Source: Octopus vulgaris
Taxonomy: Eukaryota
Direction of reading: 5' to 3'
Length of the DNA stretch: 64,000 nt
Assembly (NCBI GenBank): GCA_951406725.2
Contig: OX597814.1
Span: 23,312,001-23,376,000 of the forward strand
The translations under genes were made by a program, and so were the position numbers. Numbering within the stretch: position 1 is the stretch's first letter; each line of letters starts with the position of its first letter. This document shows, piece by piece, positions 40,973 through 55,077 of the stretch. The notes beneath the pieces were generated by a model. The model did no database searches and was not told the DNA's origin. It was given only the letters and a program-made list of their open reading frames with translations.

Positions 40973-41099
40973 ACACACTTTATAAACGTTCTGTAAACTA
41001 TTCACAGCCTTCGATTTTTTTATCTCATTCTGTTAATTACACACACACACACACACATATATATATACACACACACATATATTTTTTAATATTCTTTAA

Positions 41100-41355
41100 A
41101 ATATTTAAGCTTCAAAGCTGCTGTCATACTAGGGCACTGCCGTTGACTGAGCTACACCATTACTTCAAACCTCCTCTGATATGTGGCATTTGGTCAATGG
41201 GGGGGTGTTTAATGCCGTTGCCCTCATCTGTGTTTCCTGCTGTGAGGTAGGCTCATTTGGAACCCTTGACAGGAAGAGATCCAGTTTTGTTTTAAAGACA
41301 TTTATATCCACACTGAGCAGGTCTCTCAGGTATTTCGGAAGGATATTGAAGATCT
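41100..41355 (-). pseudogene. CR1/L2-group LINE 3' end with stem-loop tail
   Basis: [34 protein letters not shown] followed by cggcagtgccctagtatgacagcagctttgaagct. Confidence 0.7.
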
Positions 41356-41571
41356 TTTATGTAATGCTAAGGAAAGGGACTCAAAAAGTGACAGATGTAA
41401 AGGAAGAGAGAAGGAGAGAAAATGAGAGTGAGATTGACATAGTGATAGAAAGAGATACATGCAAGACAATAAAGTGAGAGTGAGGAGAGCAGAAATTTAA
41501 GCGGAAAGATGGAAGGGAAGATGAAAAAATATCAAAATATAGCAAAGTACGTGACAATTCTGCCTTTTCAC

Positions 41572-42005
41572 TTCATCATCATCATCATCATCATTTAGCG
41601 TCCGTTTTCCATGCTAGCATGGGTTGGACGGCTTAACTGGGGGTCTGTGAAGCCGGAAGGCTTCATCAGGCCCAGTCAGATTTGGCAGTGTTTCTACGGC
41701 TGGATGCCCTTCCTAACGCCAACCACTCCGCGAGTGTAGTGGGTGTTTTTTACGCGCCACCTGCACAGGTGCCAGACAGAGCTGGCACAACGGCCACGAA
41801 CGGATGGTGCTTTTACGTGTCACCGGCACGGGGCCAGCCGAGGCTGGCAATGAACACGAGCGGATGGTGCTTTTACGTGCCACCGACACGGGGCCAGACA
41901 GAGCTGGCAAACGGCCACGAATGGACGGTGCTTTTACGTGTCACCGGCACAGGGGCCAGCCGAGGCTGGCAACAAACACGAACGGATGGTGCTTTTACGT
42001 GTCAC
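41572..42005 (-). mobile_element. RTE 3'-UTR repeat with alternating ~60-bp subrepeats
   Basis: Repeated ggatggtgcttttacgtg(t/c)cacc units; (atc)n tail. Confidence 0.88.
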
Positions 42006-42146
42006 GTTCACTTATCTTATTTATTGAATCTCTCTCTCTCTCTCTCTCTTTCTTTCATTGCATTAGTTTGAAGTTATTTCAACCATATTTTAGTATATGA
42101 AATAATTATTTTATTACTAAGATGGAAAAATGTTATGAATGATTAT

Positions 42147-42548
42147 AGGCACAGGAGTGGCTGTGTGATAAGTAGCTTGCTTACCAACCACAGGGTTCCG
42201 TGTTCATTCTCACTGCGTGGCACCTTGGGCAAGTGTTTTCTACTATAGCCTCAGGCTGACCAATGCCTTGTGAGTGGATTTGGTAGATGGAAACTGAAAG
42301 AAGCCCGTCGTATATATGTATATATATATATGTATGTGTATATGATTGTGTGTCTGTGTTTGTCCCCTCAACATCACTTGACAACCGATGGTAATGTGTT
42401 TACGTCTCCATAACATAGTGGTTCGGCAAAAGACACAGGTACAATAAGTACTAGGCTTCCAAAGAATAAGTCCTGGGGTTGATTTGCTCAACTAAAAGGC
42501 GGTGTTCCAGCATGGCTGCAGTCAAATGACTGAAACAAGTAAAGAGAG
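42147..42548 (+). mobile_element. SINE family A copy
   Basis: Matches 19810-20228. Confidence 0.9.
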
Positions 42549-44097
42549 CATGAGAATTGGGTGCAATGTACAGGAGAACATCCTGGTGAGACAAAGGAGG
42601 AACCTGGCCAGGACACACCCCACAGTGACATTTTGGCCATTGTCATGTTCAGAATTCAAATTCCACTGAGGTTGACTTTGCCTTCATCCTTTTGGGGTTG
42701 ATAAAATAAGAACCACTTGAGCATTAAGGTCACTGTACTTGACTTACTCCCTCTCACAAACTCTCTGGTCTTGTGCCAAAATTTGAAATCAATACTATTT
42801 ATTAAGATTAATCAATTGTTGTTGCCAGTACCACCAAACTGGCCCTTGTGCCAGTGGCACATAAAAGCATCCAATACACTCTCAGAGTGGTTGGCGTTAG
42901 GAAGGGCATCCAGCTGTAGAAACTTTGCCAGATCAGATTGGAGTCTGGTTTGCTAGACCTCGTCAAATCGTCCAACCCATGCTAGCATGGAAAGCGGACG
43001 TTAAATCTTATAAGTGTCATTTTGCAATGACTGAAAAAAATAGTCCAATACTGGGGCATATAAGCCTTCAGCAGGAAAAAGTAGGATTCTCATACATGTG
43101 GAACACACCACACATATGAGAACCCTACTTCTTTCCATCAAGGGCTTATTTGCCCCAACATTAGACTGGACAGTGATCACTTATAAGCTTTAAACTTATA
43201 AATTATTATTATTATTATTATTACTTACAGAATCATAAAAGTCGGTGCTGCTCACCAAAAACCATCACATATTCTATTGTGTTAGCACTCAGACTTTCCA
43301 CAGGTCACACACACACATATGTATGTATGTATGAATGTAAGAATTAATATATATGTGTGTGTGTGTGCACATATATATATATGCATGGGTGTATGTATAT
43401 AAATATATACATATTTTACTGTTAATTTCTGTGTAACCATAGCCTTATTCATTTATCACTATAACAAGCTATATTACAAACCAAAGGCTGATGCATTCGT
43501 ACAGGCCAATACATTGGCTGTCAAGTGATAAGCTCAAAGTTATTATGGTTAGTTAATGACAATTCAATTATTTCTAATTACTATGTTAAAGGTTAAATGT
43601 ACAGGAAATTAAGTTTAGCATCTCACTATACTTGCTGTAGGTGCTTACACACAACTCATGTTATAATATGTGAATGTTTACTACAGAGAATATTAAGAAA
43701 TGCCTAGATCCTAACAAGCTGATTCCAAATACAGGAAAAGTTGTTATTAATTCATATTGAATATTACAATGTGCACATCTAATTTCAAATTTGTTTTCCA
43801 GATGTGGACAACATCATTAAATAAAGGCTAAGTTCTTAAACAACAAAACGCTTTAAATCAAAGAAATGTTCACAAAATATTTTGACAATTGTCTCCATTA
43901 TGGAACTGCTGATTCATTATTAACCTCAGGCATAAATGAATAATAATGTTAATATCTATGACAATTATAAAATAATATTATTGATAGAAGAAGTACTGTG
44001 AGTAATATAGGCAACATTAACTTGGTAAAATAAATTACCATATCTTTTTATTGAATTAGCTGACATCATTAATGGATGAGATATGGTTGCTATGTAT

Positions 44098-44311
44098 TCT
44101 TTTCTACTCTAGGTATGAGGCCCGAAATTTTGGGAGAGTGGGAGTAGTCGATTAGATCAACCCCAGTACACAATTGGTACCTAACTTATCAACCCCGAAA
44201 GGATGAAAGGCAAAGTCGACCTCGGCGGAATTTGAACTCAGAACGTAAAGGTAGACAAAATACCACTAAGCATTTCGCCAGGCATGCTAATGTTTCTGCC
44301 AGCTCACCACC
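44098..44311 (-). mobile_element. SINE family B copy (alternative tail)
   Basis: Body matches 30034-30265; the tail differs (gggcctcatacctagagtagaaaagaata). Confidence 0.85.
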
Positions 44312-45549
44312 TAATGGTTGCCATATATTAGCAAGAGCATTAATATTTGGTTGAACATTAGTGTTAGTAGTATTTCACCTTGCCTTTCCAGATCCAGTCT
44401 CTGTTTCCCTGTTTTAAGAAAAAAAACTTTAACCTTCAACCATATATGAACTTTACCCTTCAACAATATATGAACTTAAGAATGTAGATATAAATGGCTC
44501 ATCTGCTGCAAAAATCTCAAGGTGTTTTGTTGCGTTATTTACACTGCTCTGCTAATCATTAAAGTTTTAACTTTTGGTCAATGATTTAGATTCAAGATCC
44601 ACACAGATTAGTTTATCTTGCAAATAAAATTCATTGTCTGCATTTTCTGTTTCTATATCAAATCTAGCAAAGTGACGACAAGCAACAAACTTGTAGAGTT
44701 GTTAAAGTGAAGGGCAAAATGATTTATAAGACTTCTTCCAGATCTCTGCAATCTAAGTTCAAATATATTGAGATCAATCTTGTCTTTAAGCACCAATCCA
44801 AGACGATGGATTGATAGAACTGTTAGCTCATCAGGCAAAGTGTATTGCAGTGTTTCTTCTGCTTTGCATTCTAAGTTCTTGAGCAGACTTAATCTGTGAC
44901 CCAGTTTAACATGCCACTTTCATTTGGTGCTTGAATGCCTTTAGTATAACTTCCTTCCATCCTTCTATAAGTATTGAAAGCCTTAAAACACAAAAGATAA
45001 TAGCATTTGTTCCCCATGATTAAACAGTAAAAAGAGAAAGTGGAACAATCTAGTTAGGTAAGTGCATTTTTATCAGGTCATACTTTAAAGATTTTCCGTT
45101 AAATTTTTGCATTACTTTATTGTACATACCTGGGTGGCTATTAATATTTTATGTCTACTTTCCATGATGGCAGGGTTTGGCCAGTTCATTATGGTCAGAC
45201 ATAGTTCTTTTCAGCTACTATTATCCTAAATGGGTTGGAGGGCACCAGCTCACTCAGTTGTCTCTATTTTTGCTTGATTTCAACCACTATACAGAGTGCA
45301 CTGGGTCTGTTTTTCATGGCACCAGCACTAGAGAAGTTTTCATGCCTTTGACAAGACAAAACAGCCCTCTCAACCCTTTGTTGTTTTTGATCAACTTACC
45401 ATGCACTTTCTGAAATATTTTTAACTCCTTACAATTGCTGGAAATTTGAAAAATACTTAACAGCTTTATGCGTCATTGTAGATTGAAATACTAGTTCTAT
45501 TTCAGTCCATTATCAGTGTAATGTGGAGATGGGTTCTACATTAACTGGT

Positions 45550-45873
45550 ACTCTGTTGGTTGTGAAAATGAGGGTTCCAGTTGATCCAATCAACAATGGA
45601 ACAGCCTGCTTATGAAATTAATGTCAAAGTGGTTGAGCATTTCACAGTCATGCATACCTTTAACGTAGTTCTCAGGGAGATTCAGCATGATACATAATCT
45701 GACAAGACTGGCCGTTTGAAATGTAGGTACTACTAATTTTTGCCGACTGAATGAGCTGAAGCAACATGAAGTAAAATGTCTTGCTCAAGGAAGCAACACA
45801 CGGCTTGGAATTGAAACCATGATCTTACAATCGTGAGCCAAATACCTTAACCACTAAACTGCAAGCCTTCACA
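45550..45873 (-). mobile_element. SINE family C-related copy (decayed)
   Basis: gagggttccagttgatccaatcaac...cctttaacgtagttctcagggagattcagc is the reverse complement of 47080-47195. Confidence 0.7.
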
Positions 45874-46835
45874 TTTCTATGGGTAATATAAGCAAAAAAA
45901 TTTCAGGAATGAAAATAATGGAAACAAATTTGGTAGCGGTAAGGTAATTAACTTCCAGCTGTACAAATGAAGCAGGTCCTTCCACAAGAGACAGAGAAAG
46001 GTAAAATGAATGAAATTAAGAAACTGGGTAATGGTTCTGTGATTGATGAAGCATGTCAAGAAAATGACAGACAAAAATAGTAGAATGAAAAGGTGTTTCT
46101 CAGTAGAAAATATATTTGATCAAAGAAAGATAATTTGCAACATCACCAAAGTTTGTGTGTGAACATATGGGTGTGGGTGGTTTTTACTGAGAATATGTCC
46201 TCTGACTGAAGACACTTGTCAAAGGTGCCACACAATGGAACCAAACTTGGAACCATAGAAAACTGAACTTCTTAACCATGCGATTCTACTGATGCCCCCA
46301 AAATACCAATGATAATTCTTTCTGTGGATCTACAGTTCCATTTTAAGAGTCCATGTAAAGTTTAGTTTTACATTTATGTATAAAAACAAACTGATTTTAT
46401 ATAGTACAACATACTCAAGTCAATTTGTGAACAACAAAATAGGAATTTTTAAAGAAGTATCAATAAAACTATTTTTTAAACATCACCAGAGAATCATACT
46501 AACCAAAAGGGCCCATTGGTAAAAAATGGTCAAGAAACACCAAGTTTAGAGCATAAATGCCTCCTATAATATTTTTGGATTCATGTTCTTAAGTAGTCTA
46601 ATTCAGCTGGGCTATTTTCTTCTTAAATAACTTCATCAATTCCTGGGGTTGATGAAATTAATTTGACCCTCCGCTCAAAACTTTTTTCCCCTTCCAAATC
46701 TTGAAAATTTGCCTTGCAATGAAAGCCAGGTTTGATTTATTATGTTTTCTTTTTTAATTTTTCATACACCCATTTTTATTAAAATTTACTTTCAATTTAG
46801 CATTCTGCCATATTATAATTTTTCATCTCCTATCG

Positions 46836-47215
46836 TGGAGGCGCAATGGTCCAGTGGTTAGGGCAGCGGACTCACGGTCATACGATCGCGATTTCGATTC
46901 CCAGACTGGGCGTTGTTAGTGTTTATTGAGCGAAAACACCTAGAAGCTCCACGAGGCTCCAGCAGGGGATGGTGGTGATCCCTGCTGTACTCTTTCACCA
47001 CAACTTTCTCTCACTCTTACTTCCTGTTTCTGTTGTACCTGTATTTCAAAGGGCTGGCCTTGTCACTCTCTGTGTCACGCTTAATATCCCCGAGAACTAC
47101 GTTAAGGGTGCACGTGTCTGTGGAGTGCTCGGCCACTTACACGTTAATTTCACGAGCAGGCTGTTCCGTTGATTCGGATCAACCAGAACCCTCGTCGTCG
47201 TAACTGACGGAGTGA
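46836..47215 (+). mobile_element. tRNA-derived SINE family C copy
   Basis: tggtccagtggtt A box and ttcgattccc B box; 3' hairpins gttgattcggatcaac and cgtcgtaactgacg. Confidence 0.88.
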
Positions 47216-47287
47216 TTCCATCCATCCCCCCATCTCCTATCATTTCTCCATGTGTGATTAACACAACCCCACCATTTACTGACTTAT

Positions 47288-47339
<52 letters not shown>

Positions 47340-49432
47340 AAGTCATATCTCAGTGCCATTTGTAGAACTAAATAATCTATTCATTTTCTTAGAAACCATA
47401 AAACAAATAAGAAAATGAACCGATTATTTAGTTCTACAAATGGTACTGAGATTTTATTATGCTAAAAACATCTGGTTAGTATGGGCATTATTGTGGGGTT
47501 AAGAAGTGTACTTCACAATCACATGATCTTAGATTTAGTTCTACTGTGCAGCACCTAAGAGAAATTGGTAATGGAAACTGCAAAGAAGTCCATCAAACTG
47601 GTCGATGGAAGCTTGCAAGGAAGCCTTATATCTGTGTCTATATGTTTTTATGTATGTAAGAGTGTGTGAATACAATATGTGTGAGCATGTATGCATAAAT
47701 TTCAATTTTGTATGCCAATACCAGCATTATTATTGTAAAAGGCAATGACATCATTTACTTTCACCGGAGAACAAATGGTCCATACGAGTAGTTTAGTTGA
47801 TTTGTGATGATCAACAGAATGGAAAAAAATACCTCATATAGAAAACAGTTATAGTTGATGACAGGAAGAGCATCTGGCAGTAGAAAATTAGCTTTGATAA
47901 AATTTTGTTTAATCCATGCTAGCGTAGAAAAATGGAAATGAAATGGGTGATGATGATGATGATGAAGATGATGATGATGATGAAGTTAATGATAATGATG
48001 GTGATGATGATGATGATGATGATGAGGAGGAGGAGGAGGCGGAGGAGGATGAGGCGGAGGAGGATGGTGACAAGGAGGAGGTGGTGGTGAAAGAGTAGGA
48101 GGAGGGCATTAGAGACTAAGAGTTAGTCAAGCTTGATGTTTGTCCTCTCTTCCTTCCAAATATTCCATTCTAAATTTAAAAGCCACATTCAAAATTTTTT
48201 TATAATTTTATTTGTACTTTAAGGAAAAACATGAGAGAGAAAGCGTTTGTCTATACTTATTAGAATCAGGTTGAGATATTTTGCTGAAAATTTTTGGAAC
48301 AACAAAATACATGTTTATCATTAAACTAAAATATAAACGAAGCCAAAAACAGAAGCTTACAAAATGAAATACATAAAACAATATAAGAACATTTGTGAGA
48401 TATGTTTATGTAATTTCATTTCTCTTTTGTTTTAATTCATAAATATTTTCCAATCACATACCAAATTTCTATTCATTGCTTGGAAAATATATTATGGAAA
48501 AAAATTGTCTATGGCCAATAAAATGTTAAAAATAAATAGAGAAGTCATTTAATGTGAAAGAAAAATTATAGCTTTTAATATAATGAAATATAATTTTACT
48601 TTCCTTGCTGCCTTTTTTTAAACAACCAGTTAAACTTGGTGATAGTTTTATAGATTTCTTTATTACTACCATATTGCATATAAATTGGTAAGTGTTCTCT
48701 TTTATACGTATACTTCTCATATTTCCAAAAATATCTGATCAAAGATGTAAAAGGAAAAATTAGCTGACATTAGTGACTGTGTTTGTTTTTTGTCCTTTTT
48801 GTTTCTCTGTTTTTTTCTTCTTTTTTTTTTTTGATTTTGTTTATTTTTTTAAATTTCCATCAGAAGAGAAATTCAATTAATTCATAATGTCTTATTGATT
48901 TTGCTTTTTTCCTGCCATTCTTTCCCATTACATTCATTGACTGGTTCTGTTTGAAATTTCAAAAATTTAATAATTCACAATGGTAACAATTTTCTGCTAC
49001 TCAAGTAAATTTCTACCGTTTCCTTGTTTTAACTTCAATGTTATCTGTTCCTTCAATATTTGTTTTCGTCTTCCAAAGTATTATTGTTTATGTTTTCAAT
49101 TCAAATAACAAGATGAAAATAACAAAAAATATGCTAATTAATCAACATTTCACGAAATAGTAAATACGATTATTATGCAATCACTTTGTTTTTGTTCATT
49201 TTGCTTTAATGTCCAAACTTCCTTGCTTGCATAGGTCAAAGAAAATTCACTGAGGCAAATTTCTACAGTTAGATGCTGCAGAAGAGTAGCTGGTGAGAAA
49301 ACTTTATCACCAACTCTCACCTGTTTCCAAGCAGTGTAACATTTCTCAGTAGCTGGACATGTTTCCATAGGATATTGTAAATGAAGGACACCACATGTGC
49401 AACTGAATCACTTGTTTATATCTATCACCTGA

Positions 49433-49473
<41 letters not shown>

Positions 49474-49479
49474 ATTGCA

Positions 49480-49857
49480 GAACGACCTGCTGTGCTTTCC
49501 TTGGATTGTAGGGTGCCCTGCTGTGCTTAAGGAGACCTATTGAGTCAAGTACATCAACATCAAAATAAATATCAAATAGAAATTATAGTTATGATACCTG
49601 TGTCAATGGCACGTAAAATGCACCATCTGAATGTGGCCGATGCCAGCGCCGCCTTGACTGGCTTCTGTGCCGGCGGCACATAAAAAGCACCCACTATACT
49701 CACGGAGTGGTTGGCATTAGGAAGGGCATCCAGCTGTAGAAACACTGCCAGATCAGACTGGAGCCTGGTGCAGCTTCCTGGCTTCCCATACCCTGGTCGA
49801 ACCGTCCAACCCATGCTAGCACAGGAAACAGACGTTAAACGATGATGATGATGATGA
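49480..49857 (+). mobile_element. RTE 3'-UTR-derived repeat
   Basis: Same family as 5975-6397. Confidence 0.85.
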
Positions 49858-49861
49858 TATA

Positions 49862-50010
49862 TGAAATTTATAGAAAAAAAGACAAAGACAGGTTTGTGAA
49901 CAACAAGCAAGTGTATTAGTTTGATGCTCAGGAAAATGATAAAAGCCATTTACGTTTTGAGCCTGTGCTCTTCAACAAAAAGGAATAAGAGAAAATAAAC
50001 AGAGAGAGAA
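49862..50010 (-). mobile_element. Second copy of the PLE-terminus-like repeat with A6U hammerhead variant
   Basis: Minus strand 49982-49947 reads CTTT-TTGTTGA-A-GAGC-ACAG-GCTC-AAA-ACGT-A-AATG. Confidence 0.6.
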
Positions 50011-50018
50011 TGAAAAAA

Positions 50019-50074
<56 letters not shown>

Positions 50075-50653
50075 AACACACACACTCATGCACAACAGGC
50101 TTTTTTCATTTTCTGTTTACCAAATCCACTCTCAAGGCTTTGGTTGGCCCAGAGCTGAGTTGAACATACTTGCCAAAGTTGCCATACAGTAGGTTTGAAC
50201 CCAAGACCACATGATTAAGAAATAAGCTTCTTAACCACACAGACATCTGGTTATATGTCATGATTACATATATTTATATACCCATTACTACGGAGAATTC
50301 TCAAGAAAGTTTAGAGGTTTTATTGGTATTTTCTTTTATAAGCCAGTTCAGTTTTCTTTAAACTCTCCTCTATGTATGACTCATTGCTATGCCAAAGTAT
50401 ATTACAATAATTTAAAGGAAATATATATTATTAAATGCACTTTATCTTTCATGTTAAATATATTACATCTGTGTTTAATACACACCAGCTTAACTAAACA
50501 TGTAGTATAAATGTCCATCATTTTGCATTTTCCAATAGGTTAGTGTAAAATCATTGTTTACCATAATGTAGTGTAAGTTGTTTAATAGATGAGATACTCT
50601 TTTAAAAGTTTCATTCAAAAAGATGGCAAAAGAGAGCGAGAGAAAAAGAGAGT

Positions 50654-50685
<32 letters not shown>

Positions 50686-50696
50686 GAGAGAGAGAA

Positions 50697-50742
<46 letters not shown>

Positions 50743-53574
50743 AAATGACATGATAATAAATGGGGGGAATAAATTTGAAAGCTTATAGCTATCTACTAAA
50801 TGCAGTTTTTCTACATGTATTTGGAACAAGATAATTCTTATGTACATATTGAAAGCTGCAGTGTAGAAATTTATATAGCATAACAAATAACATTTCAAGC
50901 AACATAAATTTGAAGCTTAACAATCTAGTGAATTTGTCATCAAAGGAGATATCTTCTTTTGATGTTGGCTTAAATGATGCTATAAATATTCAACTGATGG
51001 CAGGCAATTAGCTGTTTTTAACAGGAAAGATTTTAGTATCCGCTTCAAAAGGTGTGACATATTCTGGGTCAAATGTACATTTGGTTCTTCCTTTTTATCC
51101 CTAGCCAAGTTTACAATTAATGAAAGAGCAAGAATCCATTGAGCTCATAGCCTTATTTCAATGAAGTAGCCAGTCAAGCACAGAGTAAGTGCATTTCTTC
51201 TTCAACAGATTAGAAACATTTTGGCAATTTAAAAGTATTTAGCTGAGGCAACCTTAAAAACAAATCAGTTCCCATTTGATGCGATTCTATTTTCTGATCA
51301 GATTGAAACGATCAATTACTGTTTTTACCGCATCTTACAGCAGAAAGCTTCTTTGTATTTACATTCAGATTTTTATAATTTATTATAGACATTTTAATTT
51401 TTTTTTTTTGGTTGTCTTTATCTGAAGTGCTTCTTTCCAACCAAATTTTCTCTGGCTTACATTTGCTTAGCTAGAGCTGATAGTCTTAGATATTGAAATG
51501 CATTAGAATATAATCTATGATGATATTCTTGATATATCAATGATATTTTCTCGACATGATATAGAGAAATTATTCCTTTCTTGCTAGTTTCAAGAGGTAA
51601 ATGTTACCACTGTTTTATGTTCTTTAACAATGGTGAAATCTTAAATGTATTTAAATGCAACAATGTGTACAAACAGATAGTCAAAAAATACAGGAGAGTG
51701 ATATTGAATTCTTTTATCTAATATCAAAAGGGCTTTTAAATCATTTCTTGTCATAATGCAATGAAATAGAAGGAGAGTTTATATTTTACTTCTTTGAGAA
51801 AAATGCTTTACTTTATTTTATTTTGTCTATTCATTTATTAATTTTTTTTCTCAATCTAAAACAAAGCAGTATTTCCACCAATTTAGTTTTATATTCACAT
51901 TATCATTAGACTATTGAATTCATTTAAGTCTTATAAAACATAAAAGTAAAATAGTAAAATTATCCTTGGGAATTTTACTATTGAAATTGTCTCTCTGTTA
52001 TTTACTTGACTAATGGGCAAAAACAAAATCTTTTTGTCAAAATGATGTGAATGAAAAACACAGTGATTTATAGAGATGCACAGCAAATAAATATTGAATT
52101 TACTTTGAATTTCTTTTTCTTCTTTCTTCTTCCAATGTTGATTTCTTAGGAGTTCAGTTGAAGAAAATATCCAAATTTGTTGATCAAAAAGACACACACA
52201 CACACACACACACTCACACACACATATATGTAGATGTATGATATGTATATTCCCTTTGCTTCAATACAATATTTATAGTGAAAAACTGATTTTAAATTTA
52301 GTCTTAACTTGTTATTTTGAAGTAAACAACGTTGATTATTGTGAATCAGTTTTATTTACAATATCTTTCTCTCTATATATATGTGTGACAACCATACCAA
52401 TCATTAGAGCCTATATTCTGAAGTAACTGACAAACACTGAGTCCACTATGCTAGTTCACTTCTTATTTCTAAAACGACATATCCATTTCTAGATACTGCT
52501 TGATAGTACAATGCTTTTCTATATAGATATGATGTGCAGCATTTTAGAAGAGTTAAGGATGGAAATTTTGAACATTTATGCTTCTCTCAAAGAGATTAAC
52601 AAAGTAAATAGAATGAGAACTTCAGTAAGCCAAACTTAAAAAGATGTCACAACTGTCATTCACCAATTGATCAGTATTTATTGTATGATGCCACTATGTT
52701 AAAAACACACATCTAACATCAAACAGAAGAAACTGACAGGTTGTTAAAAGAATAATTACTTCGTGTTAAAGGCCACTTTCTATTAATAAAATCCTAATTT
52801 ATCATTTTAATTCAATCTATTCGTTAAATGATTACATTTCTAATTAGGTCCTTGATGGGTTTAGTGTGACATTCGGATAACACAACACACTCTGACATAC
52901 TCTAGTCACCAAAAAATGATATTAAACTCATTGGATAATTTTCCCTTTCCTTCTCTGATTTCTATGGACTCTAATCCAACCTAAATCCTTGACATTACTT
53001 CTTACTAACAAACAACTCTGGTAAAATTGGCACTTCTTCTATCAGTCTCTTTGTGGGACGACTAAGTTATGGGGATGTAACCAAAATGTTTGTCAAGTGG
53101 TGGAGGCACACACTAAAATACAAGGACACACACACACACATATATATATGATGATATTTCAGCTTCCAGCTACCAAATCCATCTATAAGTCTTTGGTCAG
53201 TTTAGGGCTATACTAGAAGACACCTGCTTGAGGTATAATACAGCGGGATTTAACCCAAAACATGTGGTTGGGGAATAAACTTCTTACCACATAGCCTTGC
53301 AAGTCCCTATCAAAGAAGGATCAATTGTCCTTCCCAAATCCATTGGCTCATAAGGCTGGTTACCTGGATTCTGTGGCATATATATTTCCCCCCATGATGG
53401 GACACTGGTCCATTACAGGATTGCTCATGCGAGCCAAGTAGACTGGGAACATGAAATTAAATGTTTTGCTTAAGAACACATATATTACCCAGTCCAGGAA
53501 GTGAAACTACAATCTTACATTCACAAGTGCAACACCCTAATCATATGCCTTTACACCTGGACCTATATACATAT

Positions 53575-53793
53575 ATTTCTTTATTACCCACAAGGGGCTA
53601 AACATAGAGGGGACAAACAAGGACAGACGAATGGATTAAGTCGATTACATTGACCCCAGTGCAAAACTGGTACTTTATTTATCCACCCCGAAAGGATGAA
53701 AGGCAAAGTCGACCTCGGCGGAATTTGAACTCGGAATGTAGCAGCAGACGAAATACCACTAAGCACTTCGCCCGGCGCGCTAACGAGTCTGCC
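53575..53793 (-). mobile_element. SINE family B copy (young, CpG-rich)
   Basis: gtcgacctcggcggaatttgaactcgg...ttcgcccggcgcgctaacg. Confidence 0.9.
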
Positions 53794-53827
53794 ATGTATA
53801 TATGTATATAGACAGATAAATAAGGCA

Positions 53828-53873
<46 letters not shown>

Positions 53874-53875
<2 letters not shown>

Positions 53876-54115
53876 TGCAGGTGTGGCTGTGTGGTAAGAA
53901 GCTCGCTTCCCTTCCACATGTTTCTGGGTTCATTCCTACTGCGTGACAACTTTGGTGAGTGTTTTCTATAGTCTAGGGCCAACCAAAGTTTTGTGAGTCA
54001 ATTTAGAAGACAAAAACTGAGAGAAGCTTGTCAATTTCTTTGGCTAAAACACTTCAAGGCAGTGCTCCAGCATGGCCACAGTCAAACGACTAAAACATGT
54101 AACAGAATAAAAGAA
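53874..54115 (+). mobile_element. SINE family A copy, internally deleted
   Basis: Head and tail present, middle missing. Confidence 0.7.
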
Positions 54116-54214
54116 TATATATAAGTATATGAATATATATATGTATACATATATGTATGCATATATATAACATCATATATAAAGAGATAAGGAGAGCCAG
54201 ATAGACTTGTAAAA

Positions 54215-54690
54215 AGGACCATTCAAGTGTTGGGCCTTATGGAAGAAATGTGGCCGATGCCTGTGTCACATAACTGGCACACATACTGGGGGCACATAAA
54301 ATGTACCATTTGAGTATTAGGCCTCACAGAGGCAATGTGACTGATGTTGGTGTTACGTAACTAGCATCTGTGCTGGTGGCACTTAAAAATCACCATTCAA
54401 GCATTGGGCCTCACAGAGGCAATTAGGAAGATGCCAGTGTGATGTAACTAGCACCCATGCTGGTGGCATGTAAAAAACACCATTCGAGCGTTTGGCCTCT
54501 TGGAGGCAATATGGCTGGTGCTGGTGTCACGTAACTGGTGCTTGGGGTGGTTGGAGTTAGGAAGCGCATCCAGCTGTAGAAACCATGCCATATCAGACTT
54601 AAGTCTGATGCAACCCTTCAGTTTACTATCCCTGGTCAAACTGTCCAACCTATGTCAGTATGGACAATGGACATTAAATGATGATAATGT
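54215..54690 (+). mobile_element. RTE 3'-derived repeat with tandem gggcctcacagaggcaat/ggtggcac units
   Basis: About four subunits followed by the ggttgg...ggaag.gcatccagctgtagaaac tail. Confidence 0.8.
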
Positions 54691-55077
54691 TGCTATATAT
54701 ATGTATGTATAAGTATGTCTTTTCTATTTTTTAATTATTATGTATCTTCCACTGAGGAGGGAGCTGGTTTCCAACAAAGATACAAGGCTCCATCTTTGGG
54801 ATGTAGTTAACACAGACAAATTCACACTTGGAACATGCCATGCTTGAGAAAACCTGTCAAGCCAAGTGAGATCATTGTTATTTAACTGGCCCTTTAAAAG
54901 CAGCCTTCAGTCAATGGGTGATATGCTGTGCTTGAGAAGACCTGTTGAACTAATGAAATCATAGTCGTGAAAGATGCCAGTGCTGTCTGATGGGCACCCA
55001 TGTTGGTGGCATGTAAAAAGCACCATTTGTGCACTGGGCCTCGTGGAGACAGTGACATTAAGTCGAATGAGATCGTA

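Larger units (their letters stand above)
40159..41570. repeat. Near-perfect 320-bp inverted duplication (40159-40478 / 41251-41570)
   Basis: The arms align as reverse complements, with only about two mismatches noticed by eye. Confidence 0.92.

Noticed and set aside
44427-44478. Short ~24-bp tandem duplication
   Set aside because: Ordinary slippage duplication with two units only.
47110-47195. Pistol-ribozyme-like look (hairpin-UUAA-pseudoknot, gttgat-tcgg-atcaac) in the SINE C tail
   Set aside because: There is no P2 stem or GU cleavage junction in pistol order. A GCTCG/CGAGC pseudoknot is possible but not diagnostic.
47909-48109. Ser-rich or acidic ORF
   Set aside because: It is a (GAT)n/(GAG)n retroelement tail expansion.
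54749-54795. CTGAGGAG-GGAGC...GCTCC hairpin
   Set aside because: No GAAA follows the stem; more likely a LINE tail fragment.
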